From the NCBI GenBank assembly GCA_018902915.1, contig JAHIPS010000082.1, positions 1 through 51,172 of the forward strand: a stretch of DNA of 51,172 nt. Reading direction: 5' to 3'. The DNA comes from Candidatus Omnitrophota bacterium (GTDB lineage: Bacteria > Omnitrophota > Gorgyraeia > Gorgyraeales > Gorgyraeaceae). The position numbers were made by a program, and so were the translations under genes. The notes below the pieces were generated by a model. That model worked only from the letters and a program-made list of their open reading frames with translations, did not search any database and was not told where the DNA came from. Shown piece by piece: positions 9,076-18,243 of the stretch; within the stretch, counting starts at the first letter, position 1, and each line of letters begins with the position of its first letter.

Positions 9076-10077
9076 ATGCATTGGGGCGCGCCAATATATT
9101 TAAATTTCCTTCTACTTATTCCCGCGTTAATAATATTTTTTATCATTGTCTCTATCAGGAAAAACAGGGCCATCGGGGTATTTGGAAACAAGGCCCTGAT
9201 GGAGAAACTTTCTCTATCAAAGAGCGCGGCAAAAGAAAAGACAAAGAGGATTTTAATCATAATAGGCGCCATTTTCCTGATCCTGGCGCTTGCGAGGCCA
9301 CAGATAGGCACGAGACTTGCCATGACAAAACGCAGCGGAGTGGATGTCCTGATAGCAATAGATACTTCGACGAGCATGATGGCCCAGGATATAAAACCAA
9401 ATCGTTTGGAAAAGGCAAAGCTGGAGGTGGCCTCGCTTATAGATAAATTAAAAGGGGACAGGGTCGGCATCCTGACATTCGCGGGCAATAGTTTTGTCCA
9501 GTGCCCCCTCACGCTTGATTACAACGCGGCCAAGATGTTTTTAAGCATCGTAGAGACAGGCATGATGCCCAAGCCAGGAACAGCCATAGGCGACGCAATA
9601 GAGAGGGCCGCGAAATCCTTTGTTAAAAAACAGAGAAAACACAAGGTCCTGGTCCTTTTGACAGACGGCGAAGACCACGAGCAGGATCCTGTAAAGGCTG
9701 CAAAAGAGGCAAAGAAAGAGGGTATAAGGATCTATACAATAGGCATTGGCAGTAAACATGGCGAGCCCATACCTATTATGGATGAATCAGGCAATGTCTC
9801 GGGGTATAAAAAGGATTCTAGCGGCGAGGTGGTAATGTCAAGACTCGATGATGAGACGCTTCAGAGGATAGCCTTTATTACAGACGGGAAATATTATAAT
9901 GCCACGCCAGGCGAATTTGAGCTGGACAGTATCTATGACGAGATACAGGGGATGGAGAAAAAAGAACTCTCGAGCAGGTTATTTATGCAGTACGAGGAGA
10001 GGTTCCAGTATTTTCTCGGCATAGCCCTGGCGCTATTGTGTATTGAACTTGTAATCGGAGACAGGAAGAGAACATGA
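9076..10077 (+). CDS. batB: BatB VWA-domain protein
   Basis: LALARPQ, DTSTSM, CPLTLDY, LLTDGEDH; follows batA. Confidence 0.9.
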   Translation: MHWGAPIYLNFLLLIPALIIFFIIVSIRKNRAIGVFGNKALMEKLSLSKSAAKEKTKRILIIIGAIFLILALARPQIGTRLAMTKRSGVDVLIAIDTSTSMMAQDIKPNRLEKAKLEVASLIDKLKGDRVGILTFAGNSFVQCPLTLDYNAAKMFLSIVETGMMPKPGTAIGDAIERAAKSFVKKQRKHKVLVLLTDGEDHEQDPVKAAKEAKKEGIRIYTIGIGSKHGEPIPIMDESGNVSGYKKDSSGEVVMSRLDDETLQRIAFITDGKYYNATPGEFELDSIYDEIQGMEKKELSSRLFMQYEERFQYFLGIALALLCIELVIGDRKRT

Positions 10078-10895
10078 GACTTACGATTGTTCACTGTTCA
10101 AGGCTAAGCCTTGAACAGGGAAATGTTCAAGGCTTAGCCTTGAACAGGAGACTGGCCCGGGCACTTGCAATTCTATTGGTTTGTTTTTTTACCATAGGCT
10201 GGATATGGAATTCTGTTGCGACAAAGGATAAAGAGGCGAGGAAGCTGTATGAGGAGGGAAATCTCGACGATGCATTGGCAAAATGGCGCGACGCGCAGAT
10301 CGACGAGCCTGATAAGAAGGAGCTGCATTATAATATAGGCAATGCATTGTATGAGAAAAGCGAGTATGAGGACGCGTTTAGCGAATACCAGAAATTAATT
10401 GATTCAAAAGATGATGAACTTCGGGCAAAAACATATTATAATATTGGAAACACGCATTACAGGATGGGGAAACTGCCTGAGGCAATAGAGGATTATGAAA
10501 AAGGCCTTGAGATAACGCCTGATGACGAGGACGCGAAGTACAATATAGAGTTTATCAAGAAATTATTAGAAGAGCAGGAAAAGCAGCAATCAACGAGTAA
10601 AGAAGAGCAGGAAGAAAAGAAAGAAGAGGAAGAACAGGAACAGCAGGCGCAGCAGGAGCAACAAGATAAATCTAGCGGAGAGCAAAGACAGGAAGAAAAA
10701 CAGGAAGAATCTGGAAAAGAGGAAAGAGAAGAAAGGCAAGAGGCAAAGAAAGATAAGACAAGCGACGAAAAGGAGATGTCAGAAGAAGACGCTGTTCGCC
10801 TGCTCGACGCTTTAAAGGATGACGAAAAAGAGCTGCAAAAAGAACTAAGGATGCAGCCTATCGAGGGTAGGTATAGAGTAGAAAAAGACTGGTAG
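10074..10895 (+). CDS. batC: BatC-like TPR protein with an E/Q-rich linker
   Basis: TPR motifs (HYNIGNALY, YYNIGNTHY), DAKYNIE, Q/E-rich tract, terminal EKDW. Confidence 0.85.
   Translation: MRLTIVHCSRLSLEQGNVQGLALNRRLARALAILLVCFFTIGWIWNSVATKDKEARKLYEEGNLDDALAKWRDAQIDEPDKKELHYNIGNALYEKSEYEDAFSEYQKLIDSKDDELRAKTYYNIGNTHYRMGKLPEAIEDYEKGLEITPDDEDAKYNIEFIKKLLEEQEKQQSTSKEEQEEKKEEEEQEQQAQQEQQDKSSGEQRQEEKQEESGKEEREERQEAKKDKTSDEKEMSEEDAVRLLDALKDDEKELQKELRMQPIEGRYRVEKDW
10094..10147. repeat. Tandem pair of TGTTCAAGGCTWAGCCTTGAACA hairpins, in-frame in the batC 5' end
   Basis: Units at 10095-10117 and 10124-10146. Homologous pair at 47145-47196. Confidence 0.9.
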
Positions 10896-10898
10896 GAT

Positions 10899-12797
10899 AT
10901 GAAAAAGTTTTTATTTACGGTTTTATTTTTGTGCATGGCAGGTGTTTTATACGGCCAGGATATCTCTATCGAGGCCGGAGTTGACAGGCAGGAGATCTCA
11001 CTGGACGAGCAGATCACGCTTACCATAGTAGTGAGCGGCAATGTGTCCAATATCCCGCAGCCTACTGTGCCGAACATGGACGGGTTTACAGCGTATTCTT
11101 CCGGCAGGTCCCAGAATATCTCGATAATAAACGGCCAGTTTACAAGCTCTGTAACCTTTACATATATACTCGTGCCCAATGACGAAGGTGAATATACCCT
11201 GGGGCCGTTCAGCATTGATTACAAAGGCAATACCTATTCGGCAGACGCGATCAATATAAAGGTTTCGCCGCGCTCTAGCGCGCAGCCTTCTGCGCCGTCC
11301 TACGCTGCGCCAGACAAATACGAGAGCGGGGCAGCGCCGGGCGCCGGGCAACATAAAGAATTATTTATAGAGACGTACGTTGATAAGCTCAGGGCATATG
11401 TAAACGAGCAGGTAACCCTGACGTTCGCGTTTTACCAGGCAGTAAATCTGTTTGAAAACCCTGTCTATAGCGCGCCTTCCACGACCGGCTTCTGGACAGA
11501 AGATATGCCGCCCCAGAAAAAATATTATAAGGTCATAGACGGCGTGAAGTATCTCGTGACCGAGATAAAGACAGCGCTTTTCGCGACCAGCCCAGGCGAA
11601 TTTATAGTAGGCCAGGCAAGGCTTGAGGCAAGCGTTGAAGACCTGGAGAGATTTTCTTCGCGCAGCCCTTTTGATATCTTTGACAGGGACCCGTTCAGCA
11701 TGTTTAGAAGGGGAAAACCCATAATTCTTACAACAGACCCCATAACGCTCGAGATCCTGCCTTTGCCGGAAGAGGGTAGGCCCGAAAATTTCAAAGGCGA
11801 TGTAGGAAGTTTTGATATTTCTTCCGAGATAGACAAGGACAAGGTCGAGGAAAACCAGCCTGTAAACCTGAAGATAGCCATAAAGGGAAAAGGCAACATA
11901 AAGACGATCTCTTCTCCTGATATCCCTGAACCGCCTGATGTAAAGTTTTATGATTCCGCGAGCTCTGAAAATATATCCAAACTGGATTATGTTGTACAGG
12001 GGGAAAAGATATTTGAAAAGGTCATTATACCTAAGCGCGCCGGTAGCTTTACGCTCGGTCCTGTAGAATATTCTTATTTTGATCCACAGGAGGAGACCTA
12101 CATAGAAAAAAGGATCTCGCCGATAGAAATACAGGCCACAGAATCAGATGAAGAGGCCCCTGTCGAGGTCCCGCTCTCAATACCAGGCCTCACAAAGGAA
12201 GAGATAAGACTCCTTAAAAAAGACATATGTCATATAAAAGGCGCGCTGCCAGATTTAGGAGCCAGGGATAATTTCCTGTATAAAAATAAGATGTTTCTCT
12301 TATCTCTTATTATACCGCTCGCCCTTTTAGTATTCCTTTATATATACGAACTTCACAGGCAAAAACTGATGACAGATATCGGATACGCCCGTTCCCGTCG
12401 CGCAAGAGGCGCTGCTTCAAAACGTCTTAAAAAGGCGAGGGGCGTGATGTCAAAGGGCGACGTAAAAGGATTTTATGCCGAGATATACAAAGCAGCGATA
12501 GAATATATAGCCGATAAATTAAATATCCCGCATCCATCCATAACAAAAGACATATTAGAAGAGAGATTAAAAGAAAAAGATATATCCGCGGAGCTTATAG
12601 AAAAATTAAAGGAGCTATTTGATATCTGCGACATGGCCAGGTTTGCCCCGTCCGAAGTCCGCACTAAAGGTGCGGCACTCATCTCTGGCGACTCACTTCA
12701 GACGGGGTATACTTCAGGCAGATTTACCGAAGAGGATATGAAGAAGTCGATCGAGGAGGCAGCCGATATCATCGCGGGCCTTGAGAGGATAGGATGA
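10899..12797 (+). CDS. batD: BatD family protein
   Basis: Signal peptide, repeated BatD beta-sandwich domains, FKGDVGSF, YSYFDP, TM, C-terminal CDMARFA. Confidence 0.88.
   Translation: MKKFLFTVLFLCMAGVLYGQDISIEAGVDRQEISLDEQITLTIVVSGNVSNIPQPTVPNMDGFTAYSSGRSQNISIINGQFTSSVTFTYILVPNDEGEYTLGPFSIDYKGNTYSADAINIKVSPRSSAQPSAPSYAAPDKYESGAAPGAGQHKELFIETYVDKLRAYVNEQVTLTFAFYQAVNLFENPVYSAPSTTGFWTEDMPPQKKYYKVIDGVKYLVTEIKTALFATSPGEFIVGQARLEASVEDLERFSSRSPFDIFDRDPFSMFRRGKPIILTTDPITLEILPLPEEGRPENFKGDVGSFDISSEIDKDKVEENQPVNLKIAIKGKGNIKTISSPDIPEPPDVKFYDSASSENISKLDYVVQGEKIFEKVIIPKRAGSFTLGPVEYSYFDPQEETYIEKRISPIEIQATESDEEAPVEVPLSIPGLTKEEIRLLKKDICHIKGALPDLGARDNFLYKNKMFLLSLIIPLALLVFLYIYELHRQKLMTDIGYARSRRARGAASKRLKKARGVMSKGDVKGFYAEIYKAAIEYIADKLNIPHPSITKDILEERLKEKDISAELIEKLKELFDICDMARFAPSEVRTKGAALISGDSLQTGYTSGRFTEEDMKKSIEEAADIIAGLERIG
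12645..12708. repeat. RCCCCGT...ACGGGGY palindromic element in-frame in batD
   Basis: GCCCCGTCCGAAGT (12645-12658) pairs with ACTTCAGACGGGGT (12695-12708). Inner hairpin CCGCAC-TAAAG-GTGCGG. Confidence 0.8.
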
Positions 12798-13549
12798 AAA
12801 AGATAATCTTAATCGCGCTCTCTATATTTTTTATTTTCTGCGGCCTGAGTTTTGCAGAATCCGCGGAAAAACTCTATAAGGATGCATGCCAGAGTTATGA
12901 AAACGAGGATTACCAGACAGCGGTCTCGCTTTACGAGACTCTTATAGCCATGGACAAGGTCTCATCCGAGGTGTTTTATAATCTCGGCAATAGTTATTTT
13001 AAATTAAAAAATATCGGCAAGGCCATTGTGAATTACGAGAGGGCCGTGCGCCTCGCGCCGCGCGATAGAGACATAAAAATAAATTTAAAACTTGCAAAGT
13101 CAATGACAGTTGATAAAATAGAGACACCTGAAAAAGGTTTTATCTTGAACCTGGCGCTCTTGCCGTACGATAAGCTCAATATAAATGAATTGACGAAATT
13201 TATTTTAGTTTTTTACCTGGCGATAATTTTACCTCTGATCCTTTCCATATTTTTTATAGCAAAAAGGCGCGGTATCTTTTATGGCGCAGGCTCCTCCGCG
13301 GTTTTATTAATACTCTTCTCCATATTTTTATTTGCAAAGATTCACAATGAAAATATCTTGAGAAAGGCAGTGGTGATTTCCAATAAGGTGGATGTAAGAA
13401 GCGGCCCGAAAGAGGATTATCTTTTGCAGTTTACGCTGCACGAAGGCACGATTCTCAGCGTCGTGGAAGAAAGACAGGACTGGTACGAGGTTGACCTTTC
13501 AAAGGACCTCAGGGGATGGCTTCCCAAGGATAGCGTCGAAGCCATATAA
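12794..13549 (+). CDS. batE: BatE (TPR + TM + SH3)
   Basis: FYNLGNSYFK, AIVNYERA, two TMs, VRSGP...LHEGT...GWLP SH3 domain. Confidence 0.9.
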   Translation: MKKIILIALSIFFIFCGLSFAESAEKLYKDACQSYENEDYQTAVSLYETLIAMDKVSSEVFYNLGNSYFKLKNIGKAIVNYERAVRLAPRDRDIKINLKLAKSMTVDKIETPEKGFILNLALLPYDKLNINELTKFILVFYLAIILPLILSIFFIAKRRGIFYGAGSSAVLLILFSIFLFAKIHNENILRKAVVISNKVDVRSGPKEDYLLQFTLHEGTILSVVEERQDWYEVDLSKDLRGWLPKDSVEAI

Positions 13550-13596
13550 CCACAATATATAGTTGTTTACCAGCCAGAAATAGCAATATATGGTAT
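13550..13596 (+). promoter_or_regulatory. Tandem NrdR boxes
   Basis: CCACAATATATAGTTG (13550-13565) and TAGCAATATATGGTAT (13581-13596) match acaCwAtATaTwGtgt, lie 31 bp apart and sit directly upstream of nrdJ. Confidence 0.85.
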
Positions 13597-13603
13597 TTTT
13601 GAC

Positions 13604-13631
13604 TTGACACCGGATTTTTAAGTGATATACT
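13604..13631 (+). promoter_or_regulatory. nrdJ promoter
   Basis: TTGACA 13604-13609, 16 bp spacer, TGa-TATACT (extended -10, hexamer 13626-13631). Confidence 0.7.
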
Positions 13632-13710
13632 TTTCTGTATCTCTATGAAACAATTCAATCCGCTAATAACCAACCAAAATATTGACAGACTGGAATCCCA
13701 GGAGGTGAAG

Positions 13711-16700
13711 ATGCAGGCAGGAACAACTGGCGCAAAAAAATTGGATATCTCTGAAAACTGTCTGAAGGTACTTGAGAAAAGGTACCTGAAAAAAGACAAG
13801 GAAGGCAAGATCATAGAGACTCCTGATGAGATGTTCAGGAGGGTAGCCCGGCATATCGCGCAGGCAGATAAATTATACGGGGCAGGCGATCAAGAAGTAA
13901 AAGAAACAGAGGATAATTTTTACAATATCATGTCTTCATTCGAATTCATGCCGAACAGCCCCACCCTGATGAACGCGGGGAGAGATCTTGCGCAGTTATC
14001 AGCCTGCTTTGTTTTGCCTGTTGAGGATTCGATGGAATCTATTTTTGAGGCAGTAAAGAATACTGCTTTGATTCATCGCTCTGGAGGTGGAACAGGTTTT
14101 AGTTTTTCCAGATTGCGTCCCAAAAATAGCATGGTTCGGTCTACGGGTGGAATTTCAAGCGGTCCAATTTCTTTCATGAAAGTCTTTAATGCCGCAACGC
14201 AGGCTGTGAAACAGGGGGGTTGCGTAGTCCCTTCAACGCGGATTTCTACCGTTAAAGGGTTGGTGAAGATAGAAGGATTGGGTCCCGTTGATGCAAAGCC
14301 AAATACCTGGCATCCGTACAATCCCCATCCTTTAGGTATTTTTACTGACGAGGGAATTGAAATTTCAAATGAATTTTATAACAATGGAGTTTCTAAGATA
14401 TTAAAATTAACTACGCGAAACGGTTATTCCATTTCCACCACCCCAGAACATCGTTTAAGAATTATCGACGAAAATGGCAATTATATTTGGCGATGTGTAA
14501 GGCATATAAAGGACGGCGATTGGGTAGCTCTGCAAAAAAATACTTATGCAGGAGAAATTCAATACAAATTTCCTGAGTTTAAAGGAATCGCACATTTTAA
14601 TGCTACAAGAATTAAGCTTCCTTCAAGCCCGACTAAAGAACTGGGAGAATTTATCGGCTTGGTGATTGGTGACGGAGCCATAAGTATAAATCAAAAAGGA
14701 TGTGGGCGTCTGATTATAAGCATAGAAGATAAAGATGTAGATGTGATTGATTATTTATTTAAAATTAGCGATGAGCTATTTGGACTAAATCCAAAAAAAC
14801 AAAAGAAAATCGATGATAAGAGTTCCAATTATTTCTTTAATTCTACAATATTGGTTAGCTGGTTAAGACATATAGGTGTAGAAAAGTCTTCCGCTCTTGA
14901 GGCGTATGTACCAGAGTTAATATTTCGAGCAGGTAGAGAATTTGTAATTGGATTTTTGAGAGGGCTTTTTACCGCTGATGGAACGGTGACAAAAGAAGGT
15001 TACCCTTCACTTTGCAGTATTTCCAAGAATCTTATAGAAGGAACACAGCAGCTACTGTTGTCTCTGGGCATCCCCAGTGGCATATCCGAAAAGAAAAATC
15101 GTAAAAATGCTTTTGGGAAATTGCCCCTTTATCAGTTGAGAATTATTACTAATGCAGGGCTAATAGAGTTTGCAAGAGACATAGGTTTTATTACTAAACA
15201 AAAGAACTCACGTCTAAAGAATGGACTGGAGAAGATTTGCGAATTTAACGATGTAATCCCCAATATAAGTGTTATCTTAAAAGCTATATACAATGGTCCT
15301 GGTAGAGGTACTGGTCCGGGCCGTTCTCGAAGAGGTGCAAATCGTAAATTATATCGAGACATTCAGCATTACCTACCTGAAATATTTGCATCTCGCCATT
15401 TGTCTCGATTACGCCTTAAAAGATTAGTTAATAAATATAAGGAAATAAGAAACAATCCGCGCATTTCATGGTTTTTTAATAATAATCAATTCTACGATCA
15501 AATAGTGAATATCCAAGAGGATGAATTTTTAACTTTAGATATCGCAGTCCCTAAAAATAATACTTATATTGCCAATGGTTTTGTCAGCCATAATACCAGG
15601 CGGGGCGCGAATATGGGAATACTTCGCGTAGATCATCCCGATATCCTCGAGTTTATAAAATGCAAGGAAGAAGACAAGGAGATAACAAATTTCAATATCT
15701 CCGTTGCGGTTACAGAAGATTTTATGGATAAGGTCATAAAGGATAAAGAGTATGATTTAATAGATCCGCATACAAAGCAAGCAAAAGATCGTCTTAAGGC
15801 AAAAGAGGTTTTTGAGCTGATTGTTTCGATGGCATGGAAAAACGGCGAACCAGGTATTATTTTTATTGATAGGATGAATCAGTTTAACCCCACGCCTAAA
15901 CTGGGCCAATATGAATCGACTAACCCATGCGGGGAACAAGTGCTCTTGCCATTCGAAAGTTGTAATTTAGGTAGCATAAATCTTTCTAAGGTAGTTTGTT
16001 GTGAAAATGGGAAAAAACAAGTGAATTGGGGGAATCTTAAAAGGCTTGTGCATTCAGGCGTACATTTTCTCGATAATGTCATTGACATGAATAAGTTTCC
16101 TTTGTCAGAGATAGAAGAGATGACAAAGAAGAATCGTAAAATTGGTCTTGGCGTAATGGGTCTGGCAGATATGCTGATACAGCTGGAGATGCCTTATAAT
16201 AGTGACGAAGCTGTAGAACTGGCAGAAAAGATTATGAGTTTTATAAGTGATGAGGCAAAGAATAAATCTAGAGAACTAGTGGAGACCAAAGGTGAATTCC
16301 CTTCCTTTAATGACAGTGTGTTTTCTGAAAAGGGTCAGGAAAAAATGAGGAATGCTACCTTGACAACCATTGCGCCCACAGGGACCATCTCGATCATATC
16401 CAATGCCTCGAGCGGCATCGAACCCCTGTTCGCGATCTCGTATTACAGGAACGTGATGGACAATGACAAGCTTATAGAGGTAAACCCCTTGTTTGAAGAA
16501 ATAGCGAAAAGAGAAGGTTTTTATTCAAGGAAGCTCATGGAAGAGATCGCCGAGAAGGGCTCTATAAAGGATATATCAGAAGTACCCGAGAAGTACAAAA
16601 AGATATTTGTCACGTCTCATGATATCGCGCCTATCTGGCACATAAGGATGCAGGCCGCGTTCCAGAAACATACTGACAATGCTGTATCAAAGACAGTGAA

Positions 16701-17373
16701 TTTTCACAACGAGGCCACAAAAGATGACGTGAAAGAAGTTTATATGCTGGCGTATAAATTGGGGTGCAAAGGCGTTACTATTTACAGGGATAAGAGCAGG
16801 GAGGAACAGGTATTGAATATTTCATCAAAGGATAAAAAGGGTAAATCCAGCGCTGCTGTTTCAGCAATAGAGGTGATTGCGCCAAGGCCAAGGCCTGCTG
16901 TTACAAAAGGCACGACAACAAAGGTTGCCACAGGATGCGGCAATCTCTACATTACAATAAATGAAGACGACAAGGGCATGCCTTTTGAGGTGTTTATACA
17001 GATGGGAAAGGCCGGCGGCTGCGCAGCGAGCCAGCTCGAGGCAACAGGAAGATTGGTTTCCCTGGCGCTTCGCTCGGGCGTTGAAAATAAAAAGATTATA
17101 GATCAATTGCGCGGCATTCGTTGCCCGTCGCCTTCATGGGAAAAGGGCGGAAGGATATTTTCATGCGCTGACGCGATCGCAAGGGTGCTGGAGCTCAGAT
17201 TAGGAAATGGCAAGATGTACCACGAGGAAGAGGACCTGGAAAAGCATTCTCCTCACACAATGATAGAGGATAAGTTAGGCAATGTCGTTGGCGTGTGCCC
17301 TGATTGCGGAGCAGCGCTCAGGCACGAGGAAGGCTGCGTTGTCTGCCGCTCCTGCGGTTACTCCAAATGCTAA
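13711..17373 (+). CDS. nrdJ: Class II (B12-dependent) ribonucleotide reductase with intein and C-terminal TSCPD/zinc ribbon
   Basis: [49 protein letters not shown]-like tail, CPDCG...CRSCG. Start placed at 13711 after GGAGGTG; the ORF is open from 13645. Confidence 0.95.
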   Translation: MQAGTTGAKKLDISENCLKVLEKRYLKKDKEGKIIETPDEMFRRVARHIAQADKLYGAGDQEVKETEDNFYNIMSSFEFMPNSPTLMNAGRDLAQLSACFVLPVEDSMESIFEAVKNTALIHRSGGGTGFSFSRLRPKNSMVRSTGGISSGPISFMKVFNAATQAVKQGGCVVPSTRISTVKGLVKIEGLGPVDAKPNTWHPYNPHPLGIFTDEGIEISNEFYNNGVSKILKLTTRNGYSISTTPEHRLRIIDENGNYIWRCVRHIKDGDWVALQKNTYAGEIQYKFPEFKGIAHFNATRIKLPSSPTKELGEFIGLVIGDGAISINQKGCGRLIISIEDKDVDVIDYLFKISDELFGLNPKKQKKIDDKSSNYFFNSTILVSWLRHIGVEKSSALEAYVPELIFRAGREFVIGFLRGLFTADGTVTKEGYPSLCSISKNLIEGTQQLLLSLGIPSGISEKKNRKNAFGKLPLYQLRIITNAGLIEFARDIGFITKQKNSRLKNGLEKICEFNDVIPNISVILKAIYNGPGRGTGPGRSRRGANRKLYRDIQHYLPEIFASRHLSRLRLKRLVNKYKEIRNNPRISWFFNNNQFYDQIVNIQEDEFLTLDIAVPKNNTYIANGFVSHNTRRGANMGILRVDHPDILEFIKCKEEDKEITNFNISVAVTEDFMDKVIKDKEYDLIDPHTKQAKDRLKAKEVFELIVSMAWKNGEPGIIFIDRMNQFNPTPKLGQYESTNPCGEQVLLPFESCNLGSINLSKVVCCENGKKQVNWGNLKRLVHSGVHFLDNVIDMNKFPLSEIEEMTKKNRKIGLGVMGLADMLIQLEMPYNSDEAVELAEKIMSFISDEAKNKSRELVETKGEFPSFNDSVFSEKGQEKMRNATLTTIAPTGTISIISNASSGIEPLFAISYYRNVMDNDKLIEVNPLFEEIAKREGFYSRKLMEEIAEKGSIKDISEVPEKYKKIFVTSHDIAPIWHIRMQAAFQKHTDNAVSKTVNFHNEATKDDVKEVYMLAYKLGCKGVTIYRDKSREEQVLNISSKDKKGKSSAAVSAIEVIAPRPRPAVTKGTTTKVATGCGNLYITINEDDKGMPFEVFIQMGKAGGCAASQLEATGRLVSLALRSGVENKKIIDQLRGIRCPSPSWEKGGRIFSCADAIARVLELRLGNGKMYHEEEDLEKHSPHTMIEDKLGNVVGVCPDCGAALRHEEGCVVCRSCGYSKC
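14221..15594 (+). mobile_element. Intein (458 aa) with LAGLIDADG homing endonuclease in nrdJ
   Basis: Junctions KQGG|CVVPSTRI and ANGFVSHN|TRRGAN; block B TTPEHRL; LAGLIDADG blocks IGLVIGDGA and [10 protein letters not shown]. Confidence 0.95.
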
Positions 17374-17374
17374 C

Positions 17375-17926
17375 ATGTCAATAAGACCTGATACATGGAT
17401 CAAGAGAATGGCTTTGGAGAATGAAATGATAAAGCCATTTGAACCGGATCAGATCAAACAAGGCAATATATCCTATGGTCTTTCCAGCTATGGATATGAC
17501 ATAAGGATTGCTGACGAGTTTAAGATATTCAGGGGTTCTAGAGATACGGTCCTGGATCCGAAAAACATGAACCCTGATTTATTCGAGGATTTTCAAGGAG
17601 AATCCTGCATTATCCCGGCTAATTCATATATCCTGGCCAGGTCTTTAGAGTATTTCAAAATACCCAGAAATGTCCTGGTGCTCTGCACAGGAAAAAGTAC
17701 CTATGCCAGGACAGGTGTAGTAGTAAATGTCACGCCATTAGAGCCAGCCTGGGAAGGATACATCACAATGGCAATAAGTAACACATCTAATTGCCCTGTA
17801 AGGCTTTACGCAAATGAAGGAATTGCCCAGATTGTCTTCTTTGAGTCTAGTGATGCCTGCCAGATCAGCTATGCTGACCGAAAGGGCAGCTACCAAGCCC
17901 AGAAAACCATAACCCTCCCTAAATAA
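17375..17926 (+). CDS. dcd: dCTP deaminase
   Basis: [38 protein letters not shown]. True start MSIRPD at 17375, just after the nrdJ stop. Confidence 0.95.
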   Translation: MSIRPDTWIKRMALENEMIKPFEPDQIKQGNISYGLSSYGYDIRIADEFKIFRGSRDTVLDPKNMNPDLFEDFQGESCIIPANSYILARSLEYFKIPRNVLVLCTGKSTYARTGVVVNVTPLEPAWEGYITMAISNTSNCPVRLYANEGIAQIVFFESSDACQISYADRKGSYQAQKTITLPK

Positions 17927-17937
17927 CCAGGCTTAAG

Positions 17938-17966
17938 TTGACAAATGAGGTATTTTAGGGTATACT
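17938..17966 (+). promoter_or_regulatory. Near-consensus sigma70 promoter ~280 bp upstream of the giant ORF
   Basis: TTGACA 17938-17943, 17 bp spacer, TATACT 17961-17966. Confidence 0.8.
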
Positions 17967-18075
17967 AATTACAGAGATTGTAAAAGTATTTAGTATGTGA
18001 ATAAACTGTGTAAAACCAATTAAAACTAGAGAAAATAGCCATGGGTCTCTATAAGATAATAAAATTTCTAACTGA

Positions 18076-18102
18076 ACCAGGTTCCAGAGACCTGGTCTTT
18101 TT
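18076..18102 (+). terminator. Intrinsic terminator-like hairpin in the 5' leader
   Basis: ACCAGGT-tccagag-ACCTGGT followed by CTTTTT. Confidence 0.6.
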
Positions 18103-18243
18103 ATTTCTCGGGCGCTGCCTCTTATTGGATAGGGCCTCTCTCCCATGGCGGGGGACCAAACTACTCAATTTAAAGAGACGCGCCCGGGTCTTTTATCATT
18201 AGGTCGACAGGTTTGTGTAATGTGTAAAGTGTAATGGAGAGTT

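Noticed and set aside
10094-10147. CRISPR array (palindromic direct repeats here and at 47145-47196)
   Set aside because: Only two units separated by 6 nt, with no spacers and no cas genes.
10570-10780. Purine-rich low-complexity tract
   Set aside because: It encodes the normal Q/E/K-rich linker of BatC.
17282-17374. N-terminal extension of dcd in the ORF track
   Set aside because: It overlaps the nrdJ zinc ribbon; Dcd homology starts at ATG 17375.
18020-18090. c-di-GMP-I (GEMM) riboswitch, suggested by GCCATGGGTCT...CCAGGTT
   Set aside because: The GGCAAAC/GAAA/CGCAAAGC core is not recognisable, so it is kept only as an unassigned structured leader.
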